A DNA stretch of 64,000 nucleotides. Origin: an uncultured Actinomycetes bacterium. Its GTDB lineage: Bacteria > Actinomycetota > Thermoleophilia > RBG-16-64-13. Of this stretch, positions 19,981 through 30,662 are shown piece by piece (within the stretch, counting starts at the first letter, position 1; each line of letters opens with the position of its first letter). The position numbers and the translations under genes are program-made. The notes under the pieces were generated by a model that was given only the letters and a program-made list of their open reading frames with translations, was not told the origin of the DNA and did no database searches. The stretch covers positions 96,001 to 160,000 of the forward strand of contig CAVPLM010000003.1 of NCBI GenBank assembly GCA_963706025.1, read 5' to 3'.

Positions 19981-21335
19981 TCAGACCTTGGGCAGGTTCT
20001 TCATCGCCTCTTTGATCTTCTCTTCCGGGTACGCGTAGTCCTCGAGCTTGCCATCCAGGTAGTTGTCGTACGAGCCCATGTCGAAGTGGCCGTGCCCGCT
20101 CAAATTGAACAGGATGGTCTTCTCGTCGCCGGACTGCTTGCAGTCCTCGGCCAACTGCCTGACCACGGCGATGGCGTGATTACTCTCCGGGGCCGGGATG
20201 ATGCCCTCGGAGCCGGGAGAAGCTGACGCCGGCCGAGAAGACGTCGTTCTGCATGACCGACCGCGCCTCGACCAGGCCAAGCTGGTGCGCATGCGACAGC
20301 ATGGGGGCCATGCCGTGGTAGCGCAGGCCGCCGGCGTGGATGCCCGGCGGGATGAAATCGTGACCCAGGGTGTCCATCTTGACCAGGGGCGTCAGTTTGG
20401 CCGTGTCGCCATAGTCGAACGCGTAGACGCCCTTGGTCATGCTGGGGCAGGCTGCCGGCTCGACCGCGATGATACGGGTCTTCTTGCCTTTCTTGATGTT
20501 CTCGCCCACGAACGGGAAGGCGATGCCGGCGAAGTTGGAGCCGCCACCGACACATCCCACCACGAAGTCGGGGTATGCATCGGCCATCTCCAACTGCTCG
20601 ATGGCTTCCTGGCCGATGACCGTCTGATGAAGCAACACGTGGTTCAAAACCGATCCCAGGGAATAGTGGGTGTCGTCGCGCTTGGCGGCCACTTCCACCG
20701 CCTCGCTGATGGCTATTCCCAGGCTTCCGGGAGAATCCGGATCCTGCGCCAGGATGGCCCGGCCGCATTCGGTGGTGTCGGAGGGACTCGGTATGACCTC
20801 CGCTCCCCACACACGGATCATGCTCCGGCGATAGGGCTTCTGGAAGTAGGAGACCTTGACCATGTACACCAGGCACTCCATGCCCAGAAGCTGGCAGGCC
20901 AGCGAGAGCGCGGAGCCCCACTGACCGGCGCCGGTCTCTGTGGTGAGCTTGGTGATGCCTTCCTGCTTGTTGTACCAAGCCTGGGCAATAGCCGTGTTCG
21001 GCTTGTGAGAACCGGCCGGGCTCGACGCCTTCATACTTGAAGTAGATCTTGGCGGGGGTGCCCAGGGCTTTCTCCCATCGCGCGGCTCGCATCAGCGGGG
21101 TCGGGCGCCACAGCTTGTAGATCTCCCGGACCTCGTCAGGGATCTCGATCCAGGGCTCCGCCGACATCTCCTGCATGATGAGGCCCATCGGGAACAAGGG
21201 AGCCAGGTCGTCGGGACCGGCCGGTTGCAGAGTTCCCGGGTGGAGGGGCGGCGGCGGGGGGGCGGGAAGATCTGGCGCAATGTTGTACCACGCCGTCGGG
21301 ATTCTGTCTTCCGGTAGCAGATACTTGATCGCCAT
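19981..21335 (-). CDS. trpB2: TrpB2-type PLP enzyme (tryptophan synthase beta-like), frameshifted near 21025 and 20215
   Basis: [31 protein letters not shown] and LSGHG. Confidence 0.92.
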
Positions 21336-21474
21336 GCCTTTCTGCCTTTCCATCCTTTGGGGGGCGTGTAGGGATGCAAGGTAGCACAACGCCAATGAAC
21401 ATGCATCGAGCGCGGGTAACAAGGGTATGCTAACGGCGACAAGATTCACCGTGCCATCGGACCCAGGAGGCACA

Positions 21475-23037
21475 ATGGCTATCCTCCCCACCTTGACGCC
21501 GGATACGTTGGAATTCGTGCTCCTCTCGTTCGAAGGACCGGATGAGTACGCTATGGCCGGCGGACTGGGCGTGCGCATGAAGGAGTTGGCCCTCGAGCTC
21601 GCTCGTCAGGGTTACCGGACGCACTTTGTGTTCGTGGGCGACCCGCATCTGCCCGCGCGGGAGTCCCCGGTAGAGAATCTGACCCTCCATCGGTGGTCAC
21701 AGTGGCTTTCTGCCCACTACCCAGCCGGTGTCTATCAGGGTGAGGAGCCGAAGGTCGTCGACTGGAACGAGCAGCTCCCCGGCTTCGTGGCATCCAGACT
21801 GGTGGCGCCGGCCGCCGCGAACAGGCGCCTGACCGCCATTATGGCCGAGGAGTGGCACACGGCTTATGCCACCTGCCAAGTCTCCGACCGCCTGTGGGTC
21901 GATGGACTGCGCGACAAGGCCATCATCCTTTGGAACGCGAACAACGTGATGGGTTTCGACCGCATCAACTGGGGACGGCTTGACTTCTGTACGCAGATCA
22001 CCACCGTCTCCCGCTACATGAAACACGTCATGTGGGACAAGGGGGTCAATCCCTTGGTCATTCCCAATGGCATCCCCGGCGACCGGATCCGCCGGGCCGA
22101 TCACGCGTTGATAGGCCGGCTGCGGGCCGCTCTCCCCGGGCGAGAGCTGATCTTCAAGATCGGCCGCTTCAGTCCCGACAAGCGCTGGAATATGGCTGTT
22201 GAGGCTGTGGCCGAAGAGAAGAGACGCGGCCGCGACGTAGCCATGGTGATCCGGGGCGGAATCGAACCACATGGGATGGAGATCCTTGCCAACGCGCGCG
22301 GTCAGGGTCTAACTGTGGTCGACGTCAAGCTACCACGGGAAGTGGACCAGGCTATCAGTGCCCTGGCCGACACCCCCCCGGCCGACATCTACAACCAGAC
22401 CAGTTTCATGAGCGACGAACTCGTCTCCCTGCTGTACGAGGGCTCAGACGCCGTGCTGGCCAATTCCGGCCACGAGCCGTTCGGGCTGGTGGGCCTGGAG
22501 GTCATGGCTGCCGGCGGGATCGCTTTCGTGGGTTCGACCGGCGAGGACTACGCCGTGCCCTACCTCAACTCGGTGGTGCTCGATACAGATGACCCCTCCG
22601 AGATAAACGTCGCCTTGGAGTTCTTGCGCACTCACCCGGAGGTGGTCGCCCGGATGCGTGCCGATGCCCAGGAGACCGCCCGGAGCTTCAGTTGGGACAA
22701 CGTCATCGCGGACAGCCTGGTGGGCAAGCTCGAGTACGTCGCCCTGCGCCAGGTCGTGAACCCGCCGGTCGGCGATCTCCCCAGACCCTCTCGCGAGCCC
22801 CGGACCATGGAAGCCGCAGTCGGGAACGGAGAAGGATGCGACTCGCTCCCTTACGGCGGTCAATCGGTGAGCCGGCGGCTGCCGGTCAAACCCCGGTCCT
22901 CGACTCGCAGCCCGAAGCCGGCCGAGGCCCCGGCCGAACAGGAAGGGCCTGTGATCGAAGAGCCGGGAGCCGCGGCGGCCGGCGCCGCGCCCGCGACCCA
23001 GAGCAGCCCCAAGACCAAACGCAAACCGGCTCGCTGA
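21475..23037 (+). CDS. Glycosyltransferase family 4 (glycogen synthase-like)
   Basis: AGGLG, TVSRYM, IPNGI and [11 protein letters not shown]; SD AGGAGG. Confidence 0.88.
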   Translation: MAILPTLTPDTLEFVLLSFEGPDEYAMAGGLGVRMKELALELARQGYRTHFVFVGDPHLPARESPVENLTLHRWSQWLSAHYPAGVYQGEEPKVVDWNEQLPGFVASRLVAPAAANRRLTAIMAEEWHTAYATCQVSDRLWVDGLRDKAIILWNANNVMGFDRINWGRLDFCTQITTVSRYMKHVMWDKGVNPLVIPNGIPGDRIRRADHALIGRLRAALPGRELIFKIGRFSPDKRWNMAVEAVAEEKRRGRDVAMVIRGGIEPHGMEILANARGQGLTVVDVKLPREVDQAISALADTPPADIYNQTSFMSDELVSLLYEGSDAVLANSGHEPFGLVGLEVMAAGGIAFVGSTGEDYAVPYLNSVVLDTDDPSEINVALEFLRTHPEVVARMRADAQETARSFSWDNVIADSLVGKLEYVALRQVVNPPVGDLPRPSREPRTMEAAVGNGEGCDSLPYGGQSVSRRLPVKPRSSTRSPKPAEAPAEQEGPVIEEPGAAAAGAAPATQSSPKTKRKPAR

Positions 23038-23063
23038 AGAGCCCGGCTCGCTTAGGAGCGATC

Positions 23064-24275
23064 ATGGCCGAGAACCTGGTCACCTACTGTGTGATCCATC
23101 AGCCTCGCCGTATCCACCTGCCGGCGCAGGTCATCCCCGCGGGCACCAAGCCCGGCGCGATGGCTCCCTACCTGTTCGACGATCGCATGAACCGCCGCTA
23201 CTTCGAAAAGGTCGCCCGTTGGTGCTACTACCCGGCGGTCGACATGTTCATCGACATGCTCGACCATGGTTTCAAGCTGGGCCTGGGGTTCTCGGTCAGC
23301 TTCCTCTGGCAGTTGCGCCACTGGGATCGCACGTTGGCCGAACGTTTCCGCAAGCTGGTAGCCCACCCCAACTGCGAATTGGTGGGGGTGGAGCCTTATC
23401 ACAGCTTCGTCTTCGCCATCGACATCAAGCTCTTTCAGAGAGAGATGCACCGGGGCAAAACGTACGCCGAGGAGTTCTTCGAAAAAGAGATCTGCGTCAC
23501 CGACACCACAGAGATGGTGATGAACAACGAGATCTACTACGCCCTCCTGCAGTCCGGCTACAAGGCCGGGGTCCTCGATGGCCGACCCTGGGTGATGGAG
23601 TGGCGGGAGCCCACCCATCTCTACAGTCATGGAGGGCGCAGTCTCGCTCTGTTCTGCCGACACCATCAACTGTCCGACGACGTCGGCTATCGCTTCAGCA
23701 ACCGCACTTGGTCAAGCTATCCCCTTCGTGCCGACACCTACGCCGCCAACCTGCGCAAAGCCTGGGGCGACTTCGTCTTCATCGGCTGGGACTTCGAGAC
23801 CTTCGGCGAGCACCACAACCTCGACACGGGGATCTTCGAGTTCATGCGCGCCCTGCCTTCCGAGCTGAAGAAGCACGGAGTCCGTTGCCTGCTGCCGAGT
23901 GAAGCGCTGGAGGAGTTCGGGAAAGGTAGTCTGCCTGACTTGCCCCTGCCCGAGTTCGGCACAACGTGGGCCGGCTCGGGAGGAATGGAGTTCTTCCTTG
24001 GCAACGCCTCGCAGCAGGCTCTCTTCCGGCTGATGCACTCCGTCCTCCACAAGGCGCGTCTCACCGGAGACCGCACGCTTGTGGACCTAGCTCTGTGGCT
24101 GCTGCAGTCGGACAATCTCCACCTTATCCAATGGGCCGGTCGTTCCGGCTCCGAGGCTGAGGTTTCAGCCTATTTCACTCCCGATGAGTGGTGGGATCTC
24201 GGCCCAGATCGCATCCTGACCGAGCAACAACGTGTATACACCAACTTCCTCCGGGCGATGGACGCCCACGTGTGA
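23064..24275 (+). CDS. Glycoside hydrolase family 57 (alpha-amylase-like)
   Basis: IHQP, YHS, TTE, LSDDVGYRFS and DFETFGEH. Confidence 0.9.
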   Translation: MAENLVTYCVIHQPRRIHLPAQVIPAGTKPGAMAPYLFDDRMNRRYFEKVARWCYYPAVDMFIDMLDHGFKLGLGFSVSFLWQLRHWDRTLAERFRKLVAHPNCELVGVEPYHSFVFAIDIKLFQREMHRGKTYAEEFFEKEICVTDTTEMVMNNEIYYALLQSGYKAGVLDGRPWVMEWREPTHLYSHGGRSLALFCRHHQLSDDVGYRFSNRTWSSYPLRADTYAANLRKAWGDFVFIGWDFETFGEHHNLDTGIFEFMRALPSELKKHGVRCLLPSEALEEFGKGSLPDLPLPEFGTTWAGSGGMEFFLGNASQQALFRLMHSVLHKARLTGDRTLVDLALWLLQSDNLHLIQWAGRSGSEAEVSAYFTPDEWWDLGPDRILTEQQRVYTNFLRAMDAHV

Positions 24276-24337
24276 GCGGCTGCGCGTCGCATCCACGTCA
24301 TCGTTGAGTCACCAGTCCCGCATGCCTGAGCCGCTAC

Positions 24338-26653
24338 ATGCCTAGGCCGCTACATGTAGCATTCGTCTGGCACATGCACCAGCCGTACTACCGGTCGCCC
24401 GGCACCGGAGCGTTCGCGTTGCCTTGGGCGCGGATGCACGCCCTGAAGGACTACCTGGACATGGTGGAGACTCTCGGCCGCTACCCCGAGATCCACCAGA
24501 CCTTCAATCTGGTTCCCTCTTTGGTGGAACAGTTGGAGTGCTACGCCGCCGGCGATTTCGTGGATGTCTACTGGGAGCACACCCTCAAGCCCGCCACCGA
24601 GCTCCGCCCGGCCGAGCGGGCTTTCGTCGTGGAGCGCATGTGCGAGCACCCCGATCATCCCCGGGCGCGCTCCCATCCCCGATACCTCGAGCTTGCCCGC
24701 AAGCGGGAGGCGCACGCGTCCCACGGGTGGGAAGCGTGCGCCCGAGCTTTTACAACCGACGAGCTCCGCGACCTACAGGTATGGTTCAATCTGGCCTGGT
24801 TCGACCCTGAGGTCCTTGAGAGCGGAGCCCTCTCGGGCTTGGTGCATCATGGTCGAGACTTCACCGAGGAGGACAAGCTGCTCCTGGCCGAGGTCCAAGC
24901 CCACATCCTATCCCGCACCCTCCCGGCCTATCGCGCCGCTGCCGGCCGAGGGCAGATCGAGATCTCCACGTCTCCGTACTATCATCCCATCCTCCCCCTC
25001 CTGGCGAACAGTGACTCAGCGCGCATCGCAGCGGCCGACACGCTGCTCCCCCCGCGGCGCTTCGCTCATCCCGAGGATGCCGCCGAGCAGGTCCGAACAG
25101 CCGTAGCCAAGCACACCGAGGTCTTCGGGCAAGCTCCGAAAGGCATGTGGTGTTCGGAGCAGGCCGTCGGTGAAGACGTGATCCCCCTCTTGATCGATGC
25201 CGGCCTGAAGTGGACCATCTCCGACGAGACGGTCCTTGCCCGGTCTCTTTCCGGCGCGGCTGCGCCGGCGGTCGCCGGCTTGAGCGCGCCCTGGACGGCC
25301 GGTCCCGGTAGGGACGCCTCCTCCGTTGGACACGACGGACTCATCCTGGAGGGGCCTCCCAGCCCAGCCACCTTGGCATCTTCCAGCCGCCTCCCTCCCC
25401 AAGTTCTCTATGCCCCCTACCGGCTTGAAAGGGAGGAAGGTCGGGTCGCCATCGTGTTTCGCGACCACACCCTCTCCGACCTGATTGGCTTCGCCTACCA
25501 ATCCTGGGCGGCCCGCGACGCTGCCGCCGATCTGCTCCACAGGCTGCGGGAAATAGGAGCGGCCCTCTTCTCAGCCCCTCGCGACCCGGTTGATATACCG
25601 CTCGTCACCATCGCCCTGGATGGCGAGAATGCTTGGGAGTACTACCCACGTGACGGGCGTGACTTCCTCGAGTATCTCTACGAAGGCCTGAGTGCCGACA
25701 CCAGCTTCCGCTGCGTGACGATCTCGGAGCATCTCAGTGAAGCACCCCCCAACCGATCTCTAGGATGGCTACATACGGGCTCCTGGATCGGCGGAGACCT
25801 GCGCACGTGGAGCGGTGACAGAGCCCACAACAGCGCGTGGGAAGCGCTCCACCAAGCGCGGGACCTTGCAGCCTTTCGCCGCCGAGTTGCGCGACAAGAC
25901 GGGGGGCCATCGGGTTTCGAGACGGAAGGGGACTTAGCAGAATCGGCCTGGCGCCACATCATGATCGCCGAGGGCAGCGACTGGTTCTGGTGGTTTGGCG
26001 ACCATCATCATAGCGACCTGGACCACATCTGGGACCGCGATTTTCGCCGCCATCTTCAAGAAGTCTATCGGATCCTTGGGGAACGCGTTCCGGAACGACT
26101 CTTTCTTCCGCTTCTGGAACAGGCGCCGTCAACACTGCCCTCCCGCCCTCAGGCGGAGCTGGATCCGGTCATCGACGGCCTTGTGGGCATCGGTCCTGAT
26201 GGCGACGGTTCGGAGTGGGACGCAGCGGGCTATCTGGCCCCGGACCTTCCTTCCACGATGCAACGCGCGGAAGGGACGCAGATCCGAGCGGTCCGGTTCG
26301 GTTGGAGCCGAGGCCGGTTGTGTTTGCTGGTGGTCCCGGGGTCTTCGACTCTTCTTGCCGGCCTCGAGATCGAGGTCCGTGTGACCCGCATCGAGGGGGG
26401 AGACAATCCGGTTTTCTCCATAACACTGGAAGAGGAGGGACGTGCTGGAGTAAGCTGCATGGAGTGCAGCGGCCCGGCAGTGGAGGCCGAAGTCGCCTGG
26501 AGGGAGGTGGTCGAGATATCGATCCCATCGGCCATCACGGGTGTGGCCGCCTCCGAGCTGTCCGGTGTGGTTCTGCGCATCGGGCGTAGCGGGCTGACCG
26601 AGCACGTGTTTCATACGGCGGGGCTGGCTTCTCTGGGGTGGGGAGAAGAATGA
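24338..26653 (+). CDS. GH57 amylopullulanase-like protein
   Basis: WHMHQP, HPILPL, WCSEQ, LDGENAWE and AEGSDWFWW. Confidence 0.92.
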   Translation: MPRPLHVAFVWHMHQPYYRSPGTGAFALPWARMHALKDYLDMVETLGRYPEIHQTFNLVPSLVEQLECYAAGDFVDVYWEHTLKPATELRPAERAFVVERMCEHPDHPRARSHPRYLELARKREAHASHGWEACARAFTTDELRDLQVWFNLAWFDPEVLESGALSGLVHHGRDFTEEDKLLLAEVQAHILSRTLPAYRAAAGRGQIEISTSPYYHPILPLLANSDSARIAAADTLLPPRRFAHPEDAAEQVRTAVAKHTEVFGQAPKGMWCSEQAVGEDVIPLLIDAGLKWTISDETVLARSLSGAAAPAVAGLSAPWTAGPGRDASSVGHDGLILEGPPSPATLASSSRLPPQVLYAPYRLEREEGRVAIVFRDHTLSDLIGFAYQSWAARDAAADLLHRLREIGAALFSAPRDPVDIPLVTIALDGENAWEYYPRDGRDFLEYLYEGLSADTSFRCVTISEHLSEAPPNRSLGWLHTGSWIGGDLRTWSGDRAHNSAWEALHQARDLAAFRRRVARQDGGPSGFETEGDLAESAWRHIMIAEGSDWFWWFGDHHHSDLDHIWDRDFRRHLQEVYRILGERVPERLFLPLLEQAPSTLPSRPQAELDPVIDGLVGIGPDGDGSEWDAAGYLAPDLPSTMQRAEGTQIRAVRFGWSRGRLCLLVVPGSSTLLAGLEIEVRVTRIEGGDNPVFSITLEEEGRAGVSCMECSGPAVEAEVAWREVVEISIPSAITGVAASELSGVVLRIGRSGLTEHVFHTAGLASLGWGEE

Positions 26654-27528
26654 AACGATTCGACATCATCACGTTTCTGAGCGACTTCGGCTGGAACGGT
26701 GGGTACGTCGCCGCCTGCGAGGCCGTCATCACCCGAGTGCGCCCGCTCGCCCGAGTCTCAAACATCTCGCATGAGGTCGCGGTGGGTGATGTAGCTGCTG
26801 GAGCGATGATCCTTGCGCGTGTGGCCCCGCTCTATCTGCCCGCCGTGCACCTGGCCGTCATAGACCCGGGAGTGGGGATGGACCGCCGGCCGCTTGCCAT
26901 CACCGCGGATCGCGGGGACGTTCTGGTCGGCCCCGACAACGGCTTGCTCATGCAGGCTGCCGAGGCTCTCGGAGGCCTGCGCGATGTCTGGCTCCTCGAT
27001 CCAGAGCGGGTGCGCGCCGAAGCCGGCCTTCCCCCCGCCGCGGTCTCATCCACGTTCCACGGACGCGACGTGTTTGCTCCGGCCGCTGCTCTATTCTCTG
27101 AGGCCGTCGATCCGGCCCGGTGCGGTCTGGCCCTGGACCCGTCTGCCCTTGTGCGCCTGACCCCGCCTGTTTGGCGGATCTCCCCAGAAGGAGCGACGGC
27201 CCAGGTTGTCGAGATCGACCGTTTTGGCAACGTGGGGCTGGCTCTGCCCTTCGATCATTTCGCACCGCAGGCAGATACCCTGACGGTGGAGATAGAAGGG
27301 GAGGGGCTGCCCGAATGGACAGCCCGATCCGTGCAGACTTTTGGCGAACTCCGCCCCGGGGAACTGGGACTCCTTCGCGACTCCTGGGGGCAGGTCGCTC
27401 TGGCGCTCAACGGGGCGAGCGCCGCTCAGCTACTTTCGGTGCAACGGGGCATGACCGTACGACTGACAAGACCAGCCGCCCGCCCATACGACCCACCTTC
27501 TCTCGGCCCAAAGAGTGGCCAAGGATAG
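26650..27528 (+). CDS. SAM hydroxide adenosyltransferase / chlorinase family (DUF62)
   Basis: LSDFG, IDPGVG, GPDNG, STFHGRDVFAP and IDRFGN. Confidence 0.92.
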   Translation: MKRFDIITFLSDFGWNGGYVAACEAVITRVRPLARVSNISHEVAVGDVAAGAMILARVAPLYLPAVHLAVIDPGVGMDRRPLAITADRGDVLVGPDNGLLMQAAEALGGLRDVWLLDPERVRAEAGLPPAAVSSTFHGRDVFAPAAALFSEAVDPARCGLALDPSALVRLTPPVWRISPEGATAQVVEIDRFGNVGLALPFDHFAPQADTLTVEIEGEGLPEWTARSVQTFGELRPGELGLLRDSWGQVALALNGASAAQLLSVQRGMTVRLTRPAARPYDPPSLGPKSGQG

Positions 27529-28885
27529 CGAAGCCGGGAGCCGCAACAAGCGGCCATCCTCCCCGGCGCCATCAGCCTCGCGCCCACGACCGGCGCGCTC
27601 GGGCATAGTCGGACCGGCCGTCCGCACGCACGATTCGCCTCCGGCGCGGCGCCCCTCCTACACCGAGGGCGCCTCGCGGGTGGAACGCCCCTCGCGGGTG
27701 GAACGCCCCTCGGACACCGCGCATCCTCTGCAGGCCAAGAACTTGCCGGCGGCCGAAGACCAGCCCCCGATGACTTCACAGTCCCTCCTGGCCCTCTACC
27801 GGCCCGACCTCGTCCGAGTCCTCGCGGCAATGGATGTTCCCTCCTACCGCTACGCTCAGGTCTGCGAGCATCTCTTCCGGCGGCCGCTCCGTCGTTTTGC
27901 CGAGGCCACCGTGCTGCCGAGCCAGATGCGTGTAACCCTCGAGCCATTGGCCGCTTCCACTCTCACTCTGACCGAGACCCGCACATCGCCCGACATCACT
28001 ACGAAGTTCCTGCTCCGGGGCCAAGATGGTTCACACATCGAGACGGTGGTCATGCGCTACCCTCAGCGGGCCACCGTCTGCATCTCGAGCCAATGTGGAT
28101 GCCCGGTGGGATGCGGTTTCTGCGCCACGGGAGCAATGGGATTCCGTCGCAACCTCTCGGCGGCCGAAATAGTCGACCAGGTGCGCACGGCGGCGGCCCT
28201 GATGGAGAAGGAGGGCCGCCGCATCTCCAACCTCGTCTACATGGGGATGGGTGAGCCTCTTCTCAACCTGGGGCCGGTACTCGACTCCGTCCGCATACTG
28301 ACCCACCCTCGTGGGCAAGGACTTGCCCACCGAGGGTTGTCCGTCTCCACCATCGGCATCCCCCGCGGGATCCTTCGGCTCGCGCATGCTGAGCCGCAGG
28401 TCAACCTGGCCATCTCTCTGCACGCCGCCGACGATCACACCCGGGCCCTCTTGGTCCCCAAGAGCTACCGGCACACCGTGGCCGAAATCCTTGAGACCGC
28501 CTGGCAGCATTTCGACCTCACCCACCGCAAGTTGATGGTCGAATACGTCTTGCTAAGCGGCATCAACGACTCGACGGACCAGGCCCGTAAGCTGGTGGCT
28601 CTCCTCCGAGGACACGTGGTCACCGTGAATCTGATGGCATGGAACCCGACCTTTCAGCGTGGCGAGGGGTCTGCGCCATTGGTCGGGCCGCTCGTCGCCG
28701 ACACTTGTGCCTCCGCTCAGGCTTCACGGTTTCGACCTGCTACGCCCGCTGCCATCGCAGCCTTCAAGAACACCCTTCTCGCCGCGAACGTCGAGACGAT
28801 CCTTCGACACAGCAAAGGTGCCGGCATCCAAGCCGCCTGTGGGCAACTCGCCGGTTGCTACGCGCCACCTGCTGAGCAATCGTAG
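27515..28885 (+). CDS. rlmN: 23S rRNA A2503 / tRNA A37 radical-SAM methyltransferase (alternative start 27770)
   Basis: CISSQCGCPVGCGFCATG, MGMGEP, ISLHA and AACGQL. Confidence 0.93.
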   Translation: MAKDSEAGSRNKRPSSPAPSASRPRPARSGIVGPAVRTHDSPPARRPSYTEGASRVERPSRVERPSDTAHPLQAKNLPAAEDQPPMTSQSLLALYRPDLVRVLAAMDVPSYRYAQVCEHLFRRPLRRFAEATVLPSQMRVTLEPLAASTLTLTETRTSPDITTKFLLRGQDGSHIETVVMRYPQRATVCISSQCGCPVGCGFCATGAMGFRRNLSAAEIVDQVRTAAALMEKEGRRISNLVYMGMGEPLLNLGPVLDSVRILTHPRGQGLAHRGLSVSTIGIPRGILRLAHAEPQVNLAISLHAADDHTRALLVPKSYRHTVAEILETAWQHFDLTHRKLMVEYVLLSGINDSTDQARKLVALLRGHVVTVNLMAWNPTFQRGEGSAPLVGPLVADTCASAQASRFRPATPAAIAAFKNTLLAANVETILRHSKGAGIQAACGQLAGCYAPPAEQS

Positions 28886-29069
28886 GAACAGCGTCGGCCA
28901 CGGCGCCGAGGTCGCAACAACGTGTGCTACTGCCTCGAACGACGGAAACGCAGGCCGAGACAAGTCGGTCAAGGTCGCGCTTATGGTAAGATGGTCAGAC
29001 CGGCACTCGCCTCCGCCGCGCCGACATAGCCGGCGGCCCGCGGCTGCGGCCGCCTGTTCCCAAGGGTCC

Positions 29070-29591
29070 TCAGTACTCGATGCCCTTTCGAGCGGGCACA
29101 CCTTGATCAAAAGCGTGCTTGAGACATCGCATCTCGGTAGCAGTATCCGCCGCCCCAATGATCTCCGGCCTGGCATCTCGCCCGGTGATTATGATCGATA
29201 GCCCGCTTGGTCGATCCGCTAGGAGAGTAAGCACTTCGTCTACCCCCACGTAGCCCTCCGCGATGGCGCAGTTCAACTCGTCGAGCACCACAAGGTCGTA
29301 GCGCCCCGATAGAGCGATCTCCTTCGATACCGCCCAGGCTTCCTTTGCCAACCTGCGTGGCTCAGAGGGGTCCTTGGCCAGCCAGGTGAAGCCCGAACCG
29401 ATGCGCGTCACCTCGATGTCGGAGCATGCTTCGACCGCTTTCACCTCACCGTAGTCCCATACCCCCTTGATGAATTGGACGATTGCCACCTTCAGGCCGT
29501 GACCCGACGCCCTCATCGCCGCACCGAAGGCCGCCGTCGTCTTCCCTTTCCCCTCGCCCGTGTATACGATGATCCTGCCTCTGCGCAGCAT
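29070..29591 (-). CDS. cobO: Cob(I)alamin adenosyltransferase
   Basis: YTGEGKGKTTAA, QFIKG, LDE, ITGR and GIEY. Confidence 0.93.
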   Translation of the reverse strand: MLRRGRIIVYTGEGKGKTTAAFGAAMRASGHGLKVAIVQFIKGVWDYGEVKAVEACSDIEVTRIGSGFTWLAKDPSEPRRLAKEAWAVSKEIALSGRYDLVVLDELNCAIAEGYVGVDEVLTLLADRPSGLSIIITGRDARPEIIGAADTATEMRCLKHAFDQGVPARKGIEY

Positions 29592-29794
29592 CAGGTCCCT
29601 TCTTTCGGTCACGGTGGGCCTGTCTACTTGGTTCTCGGTTTCCACATCGTGGGAGGTCTCCCGGCGACCCCGTCTGCCCCCCAGACTACAACGGATAGGA
29701 CTGTCGTTGTAGAGGTCGGAGGAAGAGCGGACGCTCACGAGGCGCGACCATCCGGGGTCTGGGCACACTACCGTTGAACGGGCAGGTGCTCGCT

Positions 29795-30184
29795 CTACGC
29801 GGGGGGCGAACCCTCCAACCCGACCCGTCGCCCCAGCCCGGAGATGCTCGGGATGCTCACGGAACCCGGTTCCGCCACCAAAGCCAGCATGACGTCTGGG
29901 GTGAACGGGGCGAGCACGACGGTCATCTTCTCGAACTCGACGGTCATGGTGTCCAGAAAGCCGGCTTGGACCTGCAGTCCAAACCGCTGCGCAGTAGCCA
30001 CGGTATCCATCACGAGCGCCGCGATGCCGGCTGCGTCCACCTGATCGCGCGCCACGCTGCTGATGGTGAGCCCCTGATCGGAGACGAGCATAGCGGCCCT
30101 CATCCCCGGGATTCGCAGGTACTCCCTCAGGGCCTGTTTCAAGGTGTCGATCCGAGCCGGGTCCTCAGCTCCCGCCATTATCAT
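29795..30184 (-). CDS. Roadblock/LC7 (MglB-like) domain protein
   Basis: IPGMRAAMLVSDQGLTI...IAAL...MTVEFE pattern. Confidence 0.85.
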   Translation of the reverse strand: MIMAGAEDPARIDTLKQALREYLRIPGMRAAMLVSDQGLTISSVARDQVDAAGIAALVMDTVATAQRFGLQVQAGFLDTMTVEFEKMTVVLAPFTPDVMLALVAEPGSVSIPSISGLGRRVGLEGSPPA

Positions 30185-30489
30185 CGCTCCTCTTCAAACC
30201 CGGCCCCAACCAATCGCGCGCGCACTGAGATGGCGGCTTTTTCGGCCTGCCCTCGTTCCGCATAGCGGATTCGCAGACCCTTGGGACGAGCGGCTATTTC
30301 CGAGACGAACATGTTGCTGCGTTCGGGCCCGGGATCCCCGCCTTGCACCAAGCCTCTCAGGGGCCACGACACCATAGTATCTCCGGTGAGGAACAGGTTG
30401 CTGGTCTCCGCCCGGGTCAAACGGACCGAGAGGACCATCTCCCATGCCCCGCTTGCCGGCTCAGGCTCTATCGTCAGACTGTATCCCAC
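30181..30489 (-). CDS. Hypothetical protein, probably leaderless, coupled to the roadblock gene
   Basis: TATGAT 6 nt before GTG; stop overlaps the roadblock start; SD GAGGAG before the roadblock ATG. Confidence 0.65.
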   Translation of the reverse strand: MGYSLTIEPEPASGAWEMVLSVRLTRAETSNLFLTGDTMVSWPLRGLVQGGDPGPERSNMFVSEIAARPKGLRIRYAERGQAEKAAISVRARLVGAGFEEER

Positions 30490-30662
30490 AGGGCCATCAT
30501 ATCTCAGCGGGTCAAACTGGTCGACAGACGGTTCGACCCGGTCGGCACACGGGGTTCCTCGTAGGCAGGGCGGCAGCTCTCATCGGCGGAATGGCACCCC
30601 GTTTGCACAGGGTCTGCCCCTCTGCCGGCAGGGCCGCCCTCGCCCCGCTCCACGGCCACGCG

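Noticed and set aside
29600-29790. Possible cobalamin riboswitch upstream of cobO
   Set aside because: No B12-box (GCCACTG) or other conserved elements; only a simple hairpin
30570-30625. GGGCAGACCCTGT-GCAA-ACGGGG hairpin resembling P2 of a c-di-GMP-I riboswitch
   Set aside because: Lacks the ACGCAAA junction and the P3 tetraloop receptor
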